A DNA stretch of 64,000 nucleotides from Gammaproteobacteria bacterium (GCA_965238175.1 CBDEGZ010000003.1:288001-352000); one strand, 5' to 3'; shown: positions 40,377 through 51,114, counted from the stretch's first letter. The notes: a model not told the origin generated them from the letters alone. A program made the numbers and translations.

Positions 40377-41264
40377 TCAGGTCAGCTTTCTCTCTACTTC
40401 TTGATATTTATCAGACGTTTTTTTGAGAATTTCTTCAGGTAGTTTCGGTCCGGGTGGTGTCTTATCCCAATCGAGTGTTTCAAGATAATCCCGGACAATT
40501 TGTTTATCGTAACTTGGAGGACTGATGCTAACTTCGTAGGTATCTGCTGGCCAGAACCTAGATGAATCTGGAGTCAATGCTTCATCGATCAAAAATAAGT
40601 TATCGCTTTCATCTACCCCAAATTCAAATTTGGTATCGGCAATAATAATGCCTTTTTCAAGAGCATACTCAGCGGCTTTTTTATAAAGCTGTAAGCTAAC
40701 CTCTTTTACTTGAGATGCTTTGTCAGCACCGATCAATTCAATAGTTTTTTCATAGTTAATATTTTCATCATGATCACCAACAGCGGCTTTGGAAGACGGT
40801 GTGAAAATAGGCTTTGGGAGTTGTTGAGCTTGTTTTAATCCTGTAGCCAATTTAATACCACACACGGCTCCTGAATTTTGATAATCTTTCCAACCAGATC
40901 CGATCAAATAACCACGGACAATTGCTTCGACAGGAAGTGGTTTGAGTTTCTTAACGACAATTGCACGGCCATTTACTTGATCGAATTCTTTTTTTGGGAG
41001 CAGGTCTTTTAAGTTCTGATCGGTTAAATGATTTGGGATTACATGCTTTAATTTTTTAAACCAAAAATTAGAGACTGAAGTAAGTACTTTTCCTTTGCCA
41101 GGAATAGGATCAGGCAAAATCACATCGAAAGCCGACAACCTATCGGTCGTAATGATCAAAAAGTGATCAGCGTCGATTTCATAAATGTCGCGAACTTTAC
41201 CTTTATAAAAGAGTGGTAAACTTTCAATTTTGGTTTCAAAAAGGCTTTCGGGTGATGTGTGCAT
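40377..41264 (-). CDS. purC: SAICAR synthase
   Basis: YKGKVRDIY, TDRLSAFD, VRGYLIGSG, ADTKFEFG, DEALTPDSSRFW, DKQIVRD. Confidence 0.97.
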   Translation of the reverse strand: MHTSPESLFETKIESLPLFYKGKVRDIYEIDADHFLIITTDRLSAFDVILPDPIPGKGKVLTSVSNFWFKKLKHVIPNHLTDQNLKDLLPKKEFDQVNGRAIVVKKLKPLPVEAIVRGYLIGSGWKDYQNSGAVCGIKLATGLKQAQQLPKPIFTPSSKAAVGDHDENINYEKTIELIGADKASQVKEVSLQLYKKAAEYALEKGIIIADTKFEFGVDESDNLFLIDEALTPDSSRFWPADTYEVSISPPSYDKQIVRDYLETLDWDKTPPGPKLPEEILKKTSDKYQEVERKLT

Positions 41265-41350
41265 GTAATTCCTGTTATTTCTTACGATTATTTATTAAAA
41301 AATAGATTTGATCATTTTCCCATATCACTGCATCGAGTACTATTGCGAAG

Positions 41351-42016
41351 ATGATAGATTGGCAAAAAATTGATAGCGTATTTTTTGATATGGACGGAAC
41401 ATTGTTGGATCTTTATTTCGACAGTTACTTCTGGTTAACCTATCTTCCGAAGCGTTACGCAGAAATTCACAAAGTAGATGAACGTTCAGCGAGAAATCGA
41501 ATCATCCCTGAGCTGAAGAAGAAGGAAGGATCGCTAGAATGGTATTGTCTTGATCATTGGTCTGATCAATTTGAGATGGATTTGATTTCTTTAAAGCAAG
41601 AAGTTGCACATTTGATCCGTTACCGGCCATCGGCAAAGGAATTGCTTAAAAAGCTTAAACAAAAAAACAAACGTTTGATTCTAGCAACGAATGCGCATCA
41701 AGATGTTATCAACATTAAGTTTTCACATACCGATCTTGAAAGTTATTTTGATAATATTCTTTGCTCTCATGACTTTGGTATCGCGAAAGAAAACCCTGGT
41801 TTTTGGGAAGCTGCTTCCAAAGTTGAGCCTTTTGATAAAGAACGAACACTTTTTATCGATGATAATTTGAATGTGTTACGGCAGGCACAAGCTTTTGGTA
41901 TTAAATATCTTTTTGCGATTTATTTACCGGATAGTCAATTCCCGCCAAAGGAAACCAAAGAGTTTTTTGCGATTAAAGATTTTAGTGATCTGTTAATTGG
42001 TAAAAGTAATGCGTAG
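41351..42016 (+). CDS. yrfG: GMP/IMP nucleotidase (HAD)
   Basis: FDMDGTLLDLYFDSYFW, LEWYCLDHW, TNAH, LFIDD. Confidence 0.9.
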   Translation: MIDWQKIDSVFFDMDGTLLDLYFDSYFWLTYLPKRYAEIHKVDERSARNRIIPELKKKEGSLEWYCLDHWSDQFEMDLISLKQEVAHLIRYRPSAKELLKKLKQKNKRLILATNAHQDVINIKFSHTDLESYFDNILCSHDFGIAKENPGFWEAASKVEPFDKERTLFIDDNLNVLRQAQAFGIKYLFAIYLPDSQFPPKETKEFFAIKDFSDLLIGKSNA

Positions 42017-42029
42017 TAGGAGCGAATTA

Positions 42030-42280
42030 GTGAAAGCTCTCATTGAGTACACAGAGGCTATATCACCATTAATGGAAGAGTTGCGCAGTTACGGTTGGGA
42101 TTCTGAGGAAGAATTGGTAATTCTAAAGCCAGAGCATGTCGCCCTTGTTATCAATATGTTTCTGTCTGGTAAATAAATGCGTGTGAAGTACGAGAGTGGG
42201 CAAATGCAATTGAAAGAAGGGAAGATATTGGGTTGCAAGTCAGCCACAAAGCCATCCTCGCTGAAATGGTTTTTTAACTA
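42030..42280 (+). pseudogene. Small hypothetical gene relic
   Basis: VKALIEYTE...ELRSYGWDSEEELVIL...FLSGK*, then EVREWANAIERREDIG in another frame. Confidence 0.45.
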
Positions 42281-42341
42281 GGTACTTCCGGTGTCGGACG
42301 CAACAAATGCGCTGGCTACTGAGGAACTAGCTGGACAAAAC

Positions 42342-43049
42342 TCAGTAAGTAATAAAAACAAAATCTCTTACTTTATGGCCTAAACGTATGCCTCTTTTTT
42401 CATAACGTGTTAGTGGCCGCCAGGCAGGTCTTGGTGCATAGATTTCTGATCCGGCCAGGTTGATCAATTCATCATTGTCTTTTGTTATCTTGGTAATATG
42501 ATTCGCATAATCCTGCCAGTCTGTTGCAATAAATAATCGACCATGTCTTTTTAATTTTCTTATGATCAATGACAAAAATTTTGACTGGATCAGGCGGCGT
42601 TTATTGTGTCGTGTTTTTGGCCATGGATCTGGAAAAAAAACCATAACCCCATCAAGGCTACGTTCAGGAATTGTTTCTTGAAGGCATTCCATCACATCAT
42701 CACGTAGTAGTCGAACATTACTGAGATTGTGTTGATCAATTTTTTGTAGAATGGTCCCAAGACCCGGAAAGTAGACTTCAATTCCGATGTAATCGTTATC
42801 TGGATTATTCTGAGCCAGAGAAATGATCGCATCACCGATACCGCAACCAATTTCTAAGAAGCGAGGTGCTTTGCGATTAAATATTTGATCAAGCTTAAGT
42901 ACATCTTTTTTTTCAAGCCCGTACTTTGGCCATAGAGTTGCTACTGCATCACGTTGGGCTTGAGTGATCCGGCCTTCTCGGCGAACAAAACTTTTTATTT
43001 CGCGTCGAATTACCGGCCGAATTGACATGTTTTGATCACTTGAAGACAC
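42342..43049 (-). CDS. trmB: tRNA (guanine-N7)-methyltransferase
   Basis: IKSFVRREGR, LEIGCG.G, FFPDPWPKTRHNKRRL, ATDWQDY. Confidence 0.95.
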   Translation of the reverse strand: MSSSDQNMSIRPVIRREIKSFVRREGRITQAQRDAVATLWPKYGLEKKDVLKLDQIFNRKAPRFLEIGCGIGDAIISLAQNNPDNDYIGIEVYFPGLGTILQKIDQHNLSNVRLLRDDVMECLQETIPERSLDGVMVFFPDPWPKTRHNKRRLIQSKFLSLIIRKLKRHGRLFIATDWQDYANHITKITKDNDELINLAGSEIYAPRPAWRPLTRYEKRGIRLGHKVRDFVFITY

Positions 43050-43078
43050 AGATTTATATTTCTATTCTATTAATATTT

Positions 43079-43876
43079 CTAGAAAAAACGTCCATCAAGT
43101 GGTGAAGAAGCACTTGCAAATCGCCGCCTTGGCATTCTGCCCGCTAGAAATGCTTCGCGACCTGCTTCTATGCCCTTGCCCATTGCTGATGCCATAAGCA
43201 CAGGGTCATCTGCTTCGGCAATTGCTGTATTCATCAAAACTCCATCGCAACCTAATTCCATTGCAACGGCCGCATCAGATGCAGTACCGACACCGGCATC
43301 GACAATAATAGGAACAGCAGCATTTTCAACGATAGTGCGAATGTTGTAAGGATTTCTGATCCCAAGACCGGAGCCAATCGGTGCGGCCAGTGGCATGACA
43401 GCAACACAGCCCATTTCTTCAAGTCGTTTTGCCAGAATTGGGTCATCACTGCAGTAGACCATGACTTTGAAATTATCTTTGATCAAAATTTCCACAGCCT
43501 CAAGTGTTTCAGGCATAGCAGGGAATAAGGTTTTTTCATCACCGAGCACTTCAAGTTTGACGAGGTCATTGCCATCTAGTAGTTCGCGTGCGAGTTGGCA
43601 AGTTCGCACTGCGGAATCAACGTCATAACAACCTGCTGTATTTGGTAAGATAGTATATTTTTCAGGGCTGATCACATCGAGCAAGTTGGGCTGATTAGCA
43701 TTCTGACCGATGTTTACCCGGCGTATAGCAACGGTGACAATTTCGGCCTGACTGGCCTCTATTGCTTCACGAGTTTGATTAAGATCAACATACTTTCCAG
43801 TCCCAACTAATAGGCGAGATTGGTAACTTACGCCTGCAATTTCTATATGATCTTTTGGCAAGGTAAATGATTCCAT
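43079..43876 (-). CDS. thiG: Thiazole synthase
   Basis: [40 protein letters not shown]; likely start MESFTLP at 43876. Confidence 0.97.
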   Translation of the reverse strand: MESFTLPKDHIEIAGVSYQSRLLVGTGKYVDLNQTREAIEASQAEIVTVAIRRVNIGQNANQPNLLDVISPEKYTILPNTAGCYDVDSAVRTCQLARELLDGNDLVKLEVLGDEKTLFPAMPETLEAVEILIKDNFKVMVYCSDDPILAKRLEEMGCVAVMPLAAPIGSGLGIRNPYNIRTIVENAAVPIIVDAGVGTASDAAVAMELGCDGVLMNTAIAEADDPVLMASAMGKGIEAGREAFLAGRMPRRRFASASSPLDGRFF

Positions 43877-43940
43877 CAAAATTAAAAACTGAATTATAAC
43901 CCAAACACTTTGTGACATCTTTCGGTAGTTTTAACTTAGC

Positions 43941-44153
43941 TTAAGAGCCACCACCGATTGCGTATACGATCTCAACACGATCTTTATTGGTTAAGAGATG
44001 ATTGGAATGATTGGAGCGTGGAATAATTTCGCCATTAACGTCTATGGCGAGTCTTCCTTGGATATTTAGTAATTTTAGAAGATCGATCAAACTGGTGTTT
44101 TCAGATATGGAATGTGGTTCACCATTGACTATGATCTCAATATGATCAGGCAT
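43941..44153 (-). CDS. thiS: Sulfur carrier protein ThiS
   Basis: IIVNGE...DRVEIVYAIGGG(S); adjacent to thiG. Confidence 0.9.
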   Translation of the reverse strand: MPDHIEIIVNGEPHSISENTSLIDLLKLLNIQGRLAIDVNGEIIPRSNHSNHLLTNKDRVEIVYAIGGGS

Positions 44154-44697
44154 CGTCTTTGATTCTTAAAAGAATGTAATCCATGTTATTTGAGGATAAG
44201 CGTTGGCGCACACCGTTGAGTTTAGATTGATCTTTGTAGGGCCCGACGCGTACACGGAACCAGATTTTTTGACCATTGATCACAACGCGTTGGATCTCCA
44301 CAGGAAACCCGAGTAAGGCTAATTTCGCTTTTACTTTGTCAGCATCAGCATGTTTTTGGAATGAGCCTACTTGAAATACAAATGCGCCTGTTTTGATTTC
44401 TTTACCACTGGAATTCTTCACTTTTGGAGGTTCCCATTCCGGGACTTTTACTTCGCGTTCTGGGAGAATCGTATAAAAATCGAAGGTAACTTCTTCGTCT
44501 TCTGCCGTAACAACCTTGCTATTAGTGGGCACTGTTTCAACTTCAATCTCAGGTAATGCATGATTAATTGCAGCCCCTTTTAAATAGACCACGAACGCAA
44601 TAAAGAGGCCGATACTAAGCCCTGTGACAAAAGGCAGTATATTTCCCTGTTGCTGTGCTTTTGGGGTTCTACGGTTTGTCTTTGTGTTTCGCGCCAT
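44146..44697 (-). CDS. SPOR-domain cell division protein (FtsN-like)
   Basis: TM helix, FDFYTILPEREV, FQVGSF...FRVRVGPY. Confidence 0.85.
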   Translation of the reverse strand: MARNTKTNRRTPKAQQQGNILPFVTGLSIGLFIAFVVYLKGAAINHALPEIEVETVPTNSKVVTAEDEEVTFDFYTILPEREVKVPEWEPPKVKNSSGKEIKTGAFVFQVGSFQKHADADKVKAKLALLGFPVEIQRVVINGQKIWFRVRVGPYKDQSKLNGVRQRLSSNNMDYILLRIKDDA

Positions 44698-44787
44698 TCT
44701 TTATTAATCATTTATTTAAAGTAGTTTGTGAACAATATACTAAATACATCTAAAATTTAAGTATATTTTAGGTAAATTTTTCACAAG

Positions 44788-47028
44788 TTAAAAAGTATCT
44801 TGTGGATCAACATCCAGAGACCAGCGTAAGTTTGCTGGTTTTTTTAGCGATTCTATCAGCGGGATCCACAAATCTAAAATGTGATGAAGCTGTTGTCGTT
44901 TAGTAGATTGAATAATCAATTGCGCACGATAACGACCAGCACGCCTTTCCATCTGTGCGGCGACGGGACCCCAGATCTCAATTTCTTCTGGCATAACTAG
45001 CTGCGTTTTAGCAGCGTGTAAAAAATTCAGTGCATGGCCAGGTCGAATAGAATCTGCGCGTATAATCACCATCGAAGAAAAGGGGGGTAGGATTGCTTCA
45101 GATCGTTCTGACATTAATTGCCTAGCTAAGTCAGAAAAATCATATTTAGAGAGCGATTGTAAAACAGGATGCTCGGGATGATGCGTCTGGATCAAAACCT
45201 CGCCAGGATGTTCAGCTCGCCCCGCCCGTCCAGCAACTTGAATGATCAACTGCGCCAATCTTTCGGTAGATCTGAAATCTGATCCATACAGGCGGTTATC
45301 AGCATCAAGCACGCCCACGAGTGTCACATTGGGAAAATGATGGCCTTTGGAAAGCATTTGCGTGCCGACTAAGATGTTCGCTTCATTACTTTGGATCATC
45401 GCCAGCATTCGATCCATTTCACCTTTCCGGCTGGTGCTATCACGATCTATACGCAAAATTTTTGCATCGGGGAAAAGGCCTTTCAAAGCCTCCGCAATTT
45501 GCTCGGTGCCTTGGCCCATTGGGGTTAATTTTGAGTCCTCACATTCTGGGCAATTAGTCTGCGTTCTTTGTTGCATTCCACAGTGGTGGCAGCGCATTTG
45601 CCCCGCAGCCTGATGAAAAGTCAAATTTGCATCACAATGACGGCAGGATGCAATCCAGCCACAGTCATGGCACATCATTACTGGGGAAAAACCGCGTCTA
45701 TTGAGAAATAATAATGCTTGTTTATTCTCCTTCAGACAGTCTTCAATTTTATTGATCAAAAGTTTAGAAAGCCCACTGATCAAATCAGCTGCTTTAATAT
45801 CAAGAAATTTAATCGGCGGTTGAACCGCATTTCCTGCACGCTCAGGTAAGATCAAATGTTGACACTTTCCCTGTTGAATATTGTTTAGAGTTTCCAGTGA
45901 GGGTGTCGCGCTTCCAAGCAGGATCGGGATACCTTCATACTTGGCCCTGACTATTGCGATATCTCTTGCAGAATAACGAAAGCCGTCTTGTTGTTTATAA
46001 GATCCATCGTGTTCTTCATCGACAATGATAACGCCCAAGTTTGACATGGGCGTCCAGATTGCTGATCGTGTTCCAATAGCAATAGCGGCTTTTCCATCAC
46101 GTGCAAATAACCAGGCCTTGAGTCGTTCTTGATCGCTGAGGCCAGAATGAAGTACGGTAATCGGGCAATGAAATCTTTGTTTAAATCGATTAATTAATTG
46201 TGCGGTAAGACCGATCTCTGGGATCAAGATTAATGCTTGACGGTTTTCTGATATGACCTTATCAATTACCCGGAAGTAAACTTCCGTTTTGCCACTCCCG
46301 GTCACACCATCAAGCATGAAGGCATCGAATTTTTCGAGAGAGGCTGAAATTTTTTCGACTGAAGTTGCCTGGTGCTTATTTAATTCAGGAAGCTTTGGTT
46401 TTTGATCGATGGTTAAATATTCAGAAGGTAAGCAAACACTTTCTTTTTCAAACTCTTTGACCCAACCTTTTTCTATCAAACGGGTGATAACACTGTGCCA
46501 GCCAGTCCCAGTTTTGATCAAACTCTCAGCGGATAAACCCTCAGGATTCTTTGACAATAAATTAAGTAACTGTTTTTGTTTTACTGCGCGGTTTAACGTT
46601 GGGTCTTGAATAGAAGGTGCTGAATGGGTGATGCGCCAGAATTGTATGGTCGGTAAAACTGCTGCAGCACCCTGACGAAGCAGAGTTGGAATAGCCGAAA
46701 ATAAGGTTTCACCAATTGAATGGTGATAGTAAGCATTCGCCCACAATAATAATTTAAGTTGTTTCTCTGAGAATAGTGGAGTTGACTCAAGGATCTCAGA
46801 ACAGACTTTTAATTTGTTTTGATCATAATCTGTCGAATTAAAAACGTCGAGTAAGATGCCGATGCGGTCATTATTCTTTTTTGAATTACCAAATGGAACT
46901 CTGATGCGTATACCAGGTTTTAGATTATCATGATCAATATCTTCTGGCGGTAAGTAATCAAAAGCTCGTCTTAGAGGTATGGGAAGGACTATCCGCAGTA
47001 AGGTTTGGGGAAGCTGTTTGTTAGTCAC
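44788..47028 (-). CDS. priA: Primosomal protein N'
   Basis: GVTGSGKTEVY, VDEEHD, four CxxC zinc motifs, QVAGRAGR, ends DVDPQD. Confidence 0.97.
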   Translation of the reverse strand: MTNKQLPQTLLRIVLPIPLRRAFDYLPPEDIDHDNLKPGIRIRVPFGNSKKNNDRIGILLDVFNSTDYDQNKLKVCSEILESTPLFSEKQLKLLLWANAYYHHSIGETLFSAIPTLLRQGAAAVLPTIQFWRITHSAPSIQDPTLNRAVKQKQLLNLLSKNPEGLSAESLIKTGTGWHSVITRLIEKGWVKEFEKESVCLPSEYLTIDQKPKLPELNKHQATSVEKISASLEKFDAFMLDGVTGSGKTEVYFRVIDKVISENRQALILIPEIGLTAQLINRFKQRFHCPITVLHSGLSDQERLKAWLFARDGKAAIAIGTRSAIWTPMSNLGVIIVDEEHDGSYKQQDGFRYSARDIAIVRAKYEGIPILLGSATPSLETLNNIQQGKCQHLILPERAGNAVQPPIKFLDIKAADLISGLSKLLINKIEDCLKENKQALLFLNRRGFSPVMMCHDCGWIASCRHCDANLTFHQAAGQMRCHHCGMQQRTQTNCPECEDSKLTPMGQGTEQIAEALKGLFPDAKILRIDRDSTSRKGEMDRMLAMIQSNEANILVGTQMLSKGHHFPNVTLVGVLDADNRLYGSDFRSTERLAQLIIQVAGRAGRAEHPGEVLIQTHHPEHPVLQSLSKYDFSDLARQLMSERSEAILPPFSSMVIIRADSIRPGHALNFLHAAKTQLVMPEEIEIWGPVAAQMERRAGRYRAQLIIQSTKRQQLHHILDLWIPLIESLKKPANLRWSLDVDPQDTF

Positions 47029-47035
47029 GTTCCTA

Positions 47036-47245
47036 GGTACTCAAGATACCTAAAAATGCAGGATTTATAGCGCATCTTTTTTCACCCAGAGCATCGTTGC
47101 TTCTCCTTGCAGGGATGGTGGCCATGCGTGTCGTCACGCCTCGCTCTGAATAAAAAGGGATAACACTCGGCTCTGGCTTCCTGCATCGCTCTACCTCCAT
47201 CCCTGGAGTCGTCTAAATCCTGCATTTTCAAGCATCATGGGTATA
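47036..47245. repeat. ERIC-like miniature inverted-repeat element (~210 bp)
   Basis: ~30-bp imperfect terminal IR with perfect core AAAATGCAGGATTTA / TAAATCCTGCATTTT; ends ...TTCAAGCATCATGGGTATA as ERIC-type elements do. Confidence 0.65.
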
Positions 47246-47248
47246 GAT

Positions 47249-49606
47249 CTAAAATAACTGTTCGGGGATCCCGCTTTCAGTTGCTTCTCCAGAATCAGGA
47301 TCGGTAATGACTGAAATTTCCTCAGGGGCATTTTCTTCCCTGAAAAATTCAAGATAAGAACCTTTTTGCCCCAACTGCGCTGGTAAACCTTTTTGTTTAT
47401 CGACATTAATCGTCACAATACCTGGTGGTTCAATAGGTAATGACTCTGGCGTGCCTTCTAGTGCAACTCGCATATAATCGATCCACATCGGAAGAGCAGC
47501 TCGCCCACCTGTCTCTACTGAACCTAAGGGCCGAATTTGATCAAAGCCAACCCAGGCGGTCGTGACTACATTAGTATTAAATCCTGAGAACCAGGCATCT
47601 TGTTGATCGTTTGTTGTACCGGTTTTACCAGATAGATCTTCTCGACCTAGAACCAAAGCACGTTTGCCTGTACCGGCTCTGATCACATCTCTCATCATTG
47701 AAGAAATAATATAAACATTACGTGGATCAACAACCTGTTTTGACAGCCCATCAGTTTGTGCAATCTCTTCTGGGCTGCATTCACGGCATATGCGATCAGG
47801 CGTTTCTTGAAATACGATTTTACCATCAGCGGTTTCTATCCGTTGAATAAAATAAGGCTTGGTTAAATACCCTCCATTAGCTATAACCGTATAGGCTCTG
47901 GCTAATTCTAAAGGTGATATGGCGCCACTACCAAGTGATAAGGAAAGATCTCTTGGTAAACGTTTTGTGTCAAAACCAAACTTTGCGATATGTTCCATAG
48001 CTGTGTTGATACCCACGGAACGTAGTAAGCGGATAGAAATCAAGTTTCGAGAATATGTCAATGCTGAACGAAGTCGAGTTGGGCCACGGTATTTACCACT
48101 ATAATTCTCAGGCCGCCATGTATCCTCAAGACCTGGGTCATCGAATACGACCGGGGCGTCATTAACCAGACTTGCTGCAGTGTAACCATCCTCTAACGCA
48201 GCTGAGTAAATAAAGGGTTTAAAGCTCGAACCAGGTTGTCTTTGTGCTTGCACAGCACGATTGAATTTACTGTGATTAAAAGCGAAACCACCTGAAAGCG
48301 CGAGAATTGATCCGTCTTCTGGAGAGAGTGAAACCAATGCACCTTCGATATCGGGTATTTGAGTGAGCTTTAAGCCTTCGTCCGTTTTTGCAATTCTAAT
48401 TAGATCGCCAGTTTGAAATAATTCGATCGCAGTTTTAGGCTTTTCTCCACGTTTATTTTCATCGATGTATCGTCGCGCCCAGTTCATACCCTCCCAATCA
48501 AGTGTGATCAAGCCTTCGTTTTTGAGATAAACATCAGCAGATTGATCATAAACACTGATTACCAGAGCAGGGTGCAAATCTCCAAGTACAGGATAGCTTT
48601 CCAATATTTGGATCCAATCACCATCTCCGGCACTTTCTGCAAGATCATAATGTTGTTCTGGGCCTCGATAACCATGTCGTACATCGTAGTTAATCAATGC
48701 TTTGCGTAACGCTTGATCAGCCGCATTTTGGAGAGGATCACTGATCGTTGTGTAAACCTTGTAGCCTGTTGTATATGCGGCTTCGCCGAATTGTTTCACC
48801 ATATGACTGCGGACCATTTCAGCAACATAAGGGGAGCTGGTATCAGGCACTTTGTGATGGATGCGTGCGGTTATCGGTGCATTTACTGCTACTTGATGTT
48901 CCTCATCGGTGATATCACCCAATTCCAACAGGCGTCTGAGAACATAATTCCTTCTTTGTAATGCGCGTTCTGGACTAGTGATTGGATTAATACGAGAAGG
49001 TGCTTTTGGTAGGCTAGCCAACATTGCCGCTTGAGCAAGATCGAGTTCAGATAGTGGGCGGCCGTAATAAAGTTCTGATGCAGCGACTATTCCGTATGAT
49101 CTGTGGCCTAAATAGATCTTATTGAAATAGAGTTCCAGAATACTCTCTTTATCAAGTTCACTTTCTATTTTTAGTGCTAACAGAATTTCCCGTAATTTCC
49201 GGGTGTAAGTTCTTTCTGGTGTGAGGAAAAAATTTCGTGCTACTTGCATTGTAATAGTACTACCCCCCTGCGCACGCTCACCGGTTTGGATCAAAAGCAT
49301 TACTGCTCGTGCAATACCTTGCCAATCGACACCAGGGTGTTCAAAAAAGCGATCATCCTCTGCCGCAAGGAATGCATCCACAACCGAGTCAGGGACATCT
49401 GCATAAACCACCGGAAGTCGCCGTTTTTCACCAAACTCTGACATCAAAGAGCCTTCGAGAGTGTATACACGCAGTGGGACAGAGAACTGAACGTGTTGTA
49501 AAGAATCGGTTGGAGGTAATCCTGGTAGCAGGTAGTAAAGGCCAGCTGCAATGGTGACAATCCCAGCTAAGCTCATGAAGAATATTGAATTAATGAGGAA
49601 TCTCAT
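47249..49606 (-). CDS. mrcA: Penicillin-binding protein 1A
   Basis: AAEDDRF, QGGSTITMQ, RKLRE, QPGSSFKP, SRN, GKTGTTN; divergent from pilM. Confidence 0.97.
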   Translation of the reverse strand: MRFLINSIFFMSLAGIVTIAAGLYYLLPGLPPTDSLQHVQFSVPLRVYTLEGSLMSEFGEKRRLPVVYADVPDSVVDAFLAAEDDRFFEHPGVDWQGIARAVMLLIQTGERAQGGSTITMQVARNFFLTPERTYTRKLREILLALKIESELDKESILELYFNKIYLGHRSYGIVAASELYYGRPLSELDLAQAAMLASLPKAPSRINPITSPERALQRRNYVLRRLLELGDITDEEHQVAVNAPITARIHHKVPDTSSPYVAEMVRSHMVKQFGEAAYTTGYKVYTTISDPLQNAADQALRKALINYDVRHGYRGPEQHYDLAESAGDGDWIQILESYPVLGDLHPALVISVYDQSADVYLKNEGLITLDWEGMNWARRYIDENKRGEKPKTAIELFQTGDLIRIAKTDEGLKLTQIPDIEGALVSLSPEDGSILALSGGFAFNHSKFNRAVQAQRQPGSSFKPFIYSAALEDGYTAASLVNDAPVVFDDPGLEDTWRPENYSGKYRGPTRLRSALTYSRNLISIRLLRSVGINTAMEHIAKFGFDTKRLPRDLSLSLGSGAISPLELARAYTVIANGGYLTKPYFIQRIETADGKIVFQETPDRICRECSPEEIAQTDGLSKQVVDPRNVYIISSMMRDVIRAGTGKRALVLGREDLSGKTGTTNDQQDAWFSGFNTNVVTTAWVGFDQIRPLGSVETGGRAALPMWIDYMRVALEGTPESLPIEPPGIVTINVDKQKGLPAQLGQKGSYLEFFREENAPEEISVITDPDSGEATESGIPEQLF

Positions 49607-49692
49607 AACGGTTCTATTTTCAGGTTTGTCAACACAAAATGTCTGGCCTAAATTTTGCTTCCATGTTTTGTGAAAAATTAAAAAATTGTGAT

Positions 49693-50032
49693 AACGATAT
49701 GCAACGTAATACTACAGGATTATAGGAATTAACCGATAACTGGATTAACGCACGAGAGTAATGTTCTCACACTTTGGCTTTATATGTTTTAAATAATTGT
49801 AGATACATAAAACACACTTAATTTTATTGATTATTTTTGTGGAAAGTTTAAGAGAACGATACGAGACGTAATACTACAGGATTAAGGAATTAAAGGAATT
49901 AAAGGAATTAACCGATAGCTTTATTAACGCACCTTAATAAGGTTCTCACACTTTGTGTTTTATATGTTTTAAATAAATGTAGATACATGAAACGCACTTA
50001 AATTTATTGATCATTTTTTGGAAATGGTTAAT
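49693..50032 (+). repeat. Two-unit degenerate tandem duplication (period ~162 bp) with a 9-bp microsatellite
   Basis: Units start at 49693 and 49855 and share CGTAATACTACAGGATTA, GTTCTCACACTTTG, TTTATATGTTTTAAATAA, TGTAGATACAT. Unit 2 has AAGGAATTA x3. Confidence 0.9.
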
Positions 50033-50049
50033 ACAGAAAGGAAATTGTA

Positions 50050-51114
50050 ATGTCCTTCTTTAAAAGTAAATCGAAATCGATGCTTGGAATTGATATCAGT
50101 TCCACATCTATAAAACTGTTGGAGATATCTCGCTCAGGGAAAGGCTATCGTGTAGAAAGTTATTCGGTAGAGCCTCTCCCGCCGAGTTCAGTAGTAGAAA
50201 AAAATATTACGGATGTGGAGCTTGTGGCTGAGGCTATATCCAGGGCTGTTAAGAAGTCCCGCTCGAAAACAAAATCAGTTGCATGTGCTGTAGCTGGTTC
50301 GGCAGTGATAACGAAGATTCTTAGTATGTCAGCAGATCTCACAGAAGATGAAATGGAAAGACAAATAGAAGTTGAGGCAGATCAATACATACCCTACCCA
50401 TTAGAAGAAGTTAGATTAGATTTTGAAGTCTTACAGCCTTCGGTGACCGAGGCTGGTCAGGTGGATGTGCTTCTTGCGGCCTCGCGTAGCGATAATGTCG
50501 ATGTTCGAGTAGCGGCAATAGAATTAGCAGGCCTAAAGACCGATGTTGTTGATGTTGAAGCTTTTGCTCTTGAAAACTCAGTCAGACTTTTAGTACAGGA
50601 AACAGGCATTGTTGATCAAAATAAAACTATTGCTGTAGTTGATGTTGGAGCAACAATGACGACACTAAGTGTGCTCGATAATCTCAACATTATATATACA
50701 CGAGAACAAGTTTTTGGCGGTAAACAACTGACGGAAGATATCCAAAAACGTTATGAACTTTCATATGAGGAAGCGGGGCTGGCCAAAAAGCAAGGTGGGC
50801 TCCCAGAAAATTATGAGCAGGAAGTTCTAGACCCTTTCCGTGAAGCAATGTCTCAGCAAATCAATAGAGCTTTACAATTTTTTTATGCTTCAAGCAACGA
50901 TATTGACGCAGTCGATCACATTATTCTTGCAGGTGGATGTGCATCAACGACGGGGATTTGTGAACTAATTGAAGCAAAAACGGGTGCAACGGTAAATATA
51001 GCGAATCCTTTTAGAGATATGCCAGTCGCCTCTGGAGTTCGTTCCGATGCTCTTAACAATGATGCACCGGCCATGATGATCGCCTGCGGATTAGCGTTGA
51101 GGGGCTTTAGCTAA
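50050..51114 (+). CDS. pilM: Type IV pilus assembly protein PilM
   Basis: LGIDISSTSIKLLE, YIPYPLEEV, VDVGATMT, FGGKQLT. Confidence 0.95.
   Translation: MSFFKSKSKSMLGIDISSTSIKLLEISRSGKGYRVESYSVEPLPPSSVVEKNITDVELVAEAISRAVKKSRSKTKSVACAVAGSAVITKILSMSADLTEDEMERQIEVEADQYIPYPLEEVRLDFEVLQPSVTEAGQVDVLLAASRSDNVDVRVAAIELAGLKTDVVDVEAFALENSVRLLVQETGIVDQNKTIAVVDVGATMTTLSVLDNLNIIYTREQVFGGKQLTEDIQKRYELSYEEAGLAKKQGGLPENYEQEVLDPFREAMSQQINRALQFFYASSNDIDAVDHIILAGGCASTTGICELIEAKTGATVNIANPFRDMPVASGVRSDALNNDAPAMMIACGLALRGFS

Noticed and set aside
44698-44787. Absence of argS between priA and the SPOR gene as a special signal
   Set aside because: Gene order here varies among gammaproteobacteria; the spacer is short and AT-rich with no relic.
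49693-50032. Possible CRISPR array
   Set aside because: Only two long degenerate units, no repeat-spacer alternation, and no cas genes.
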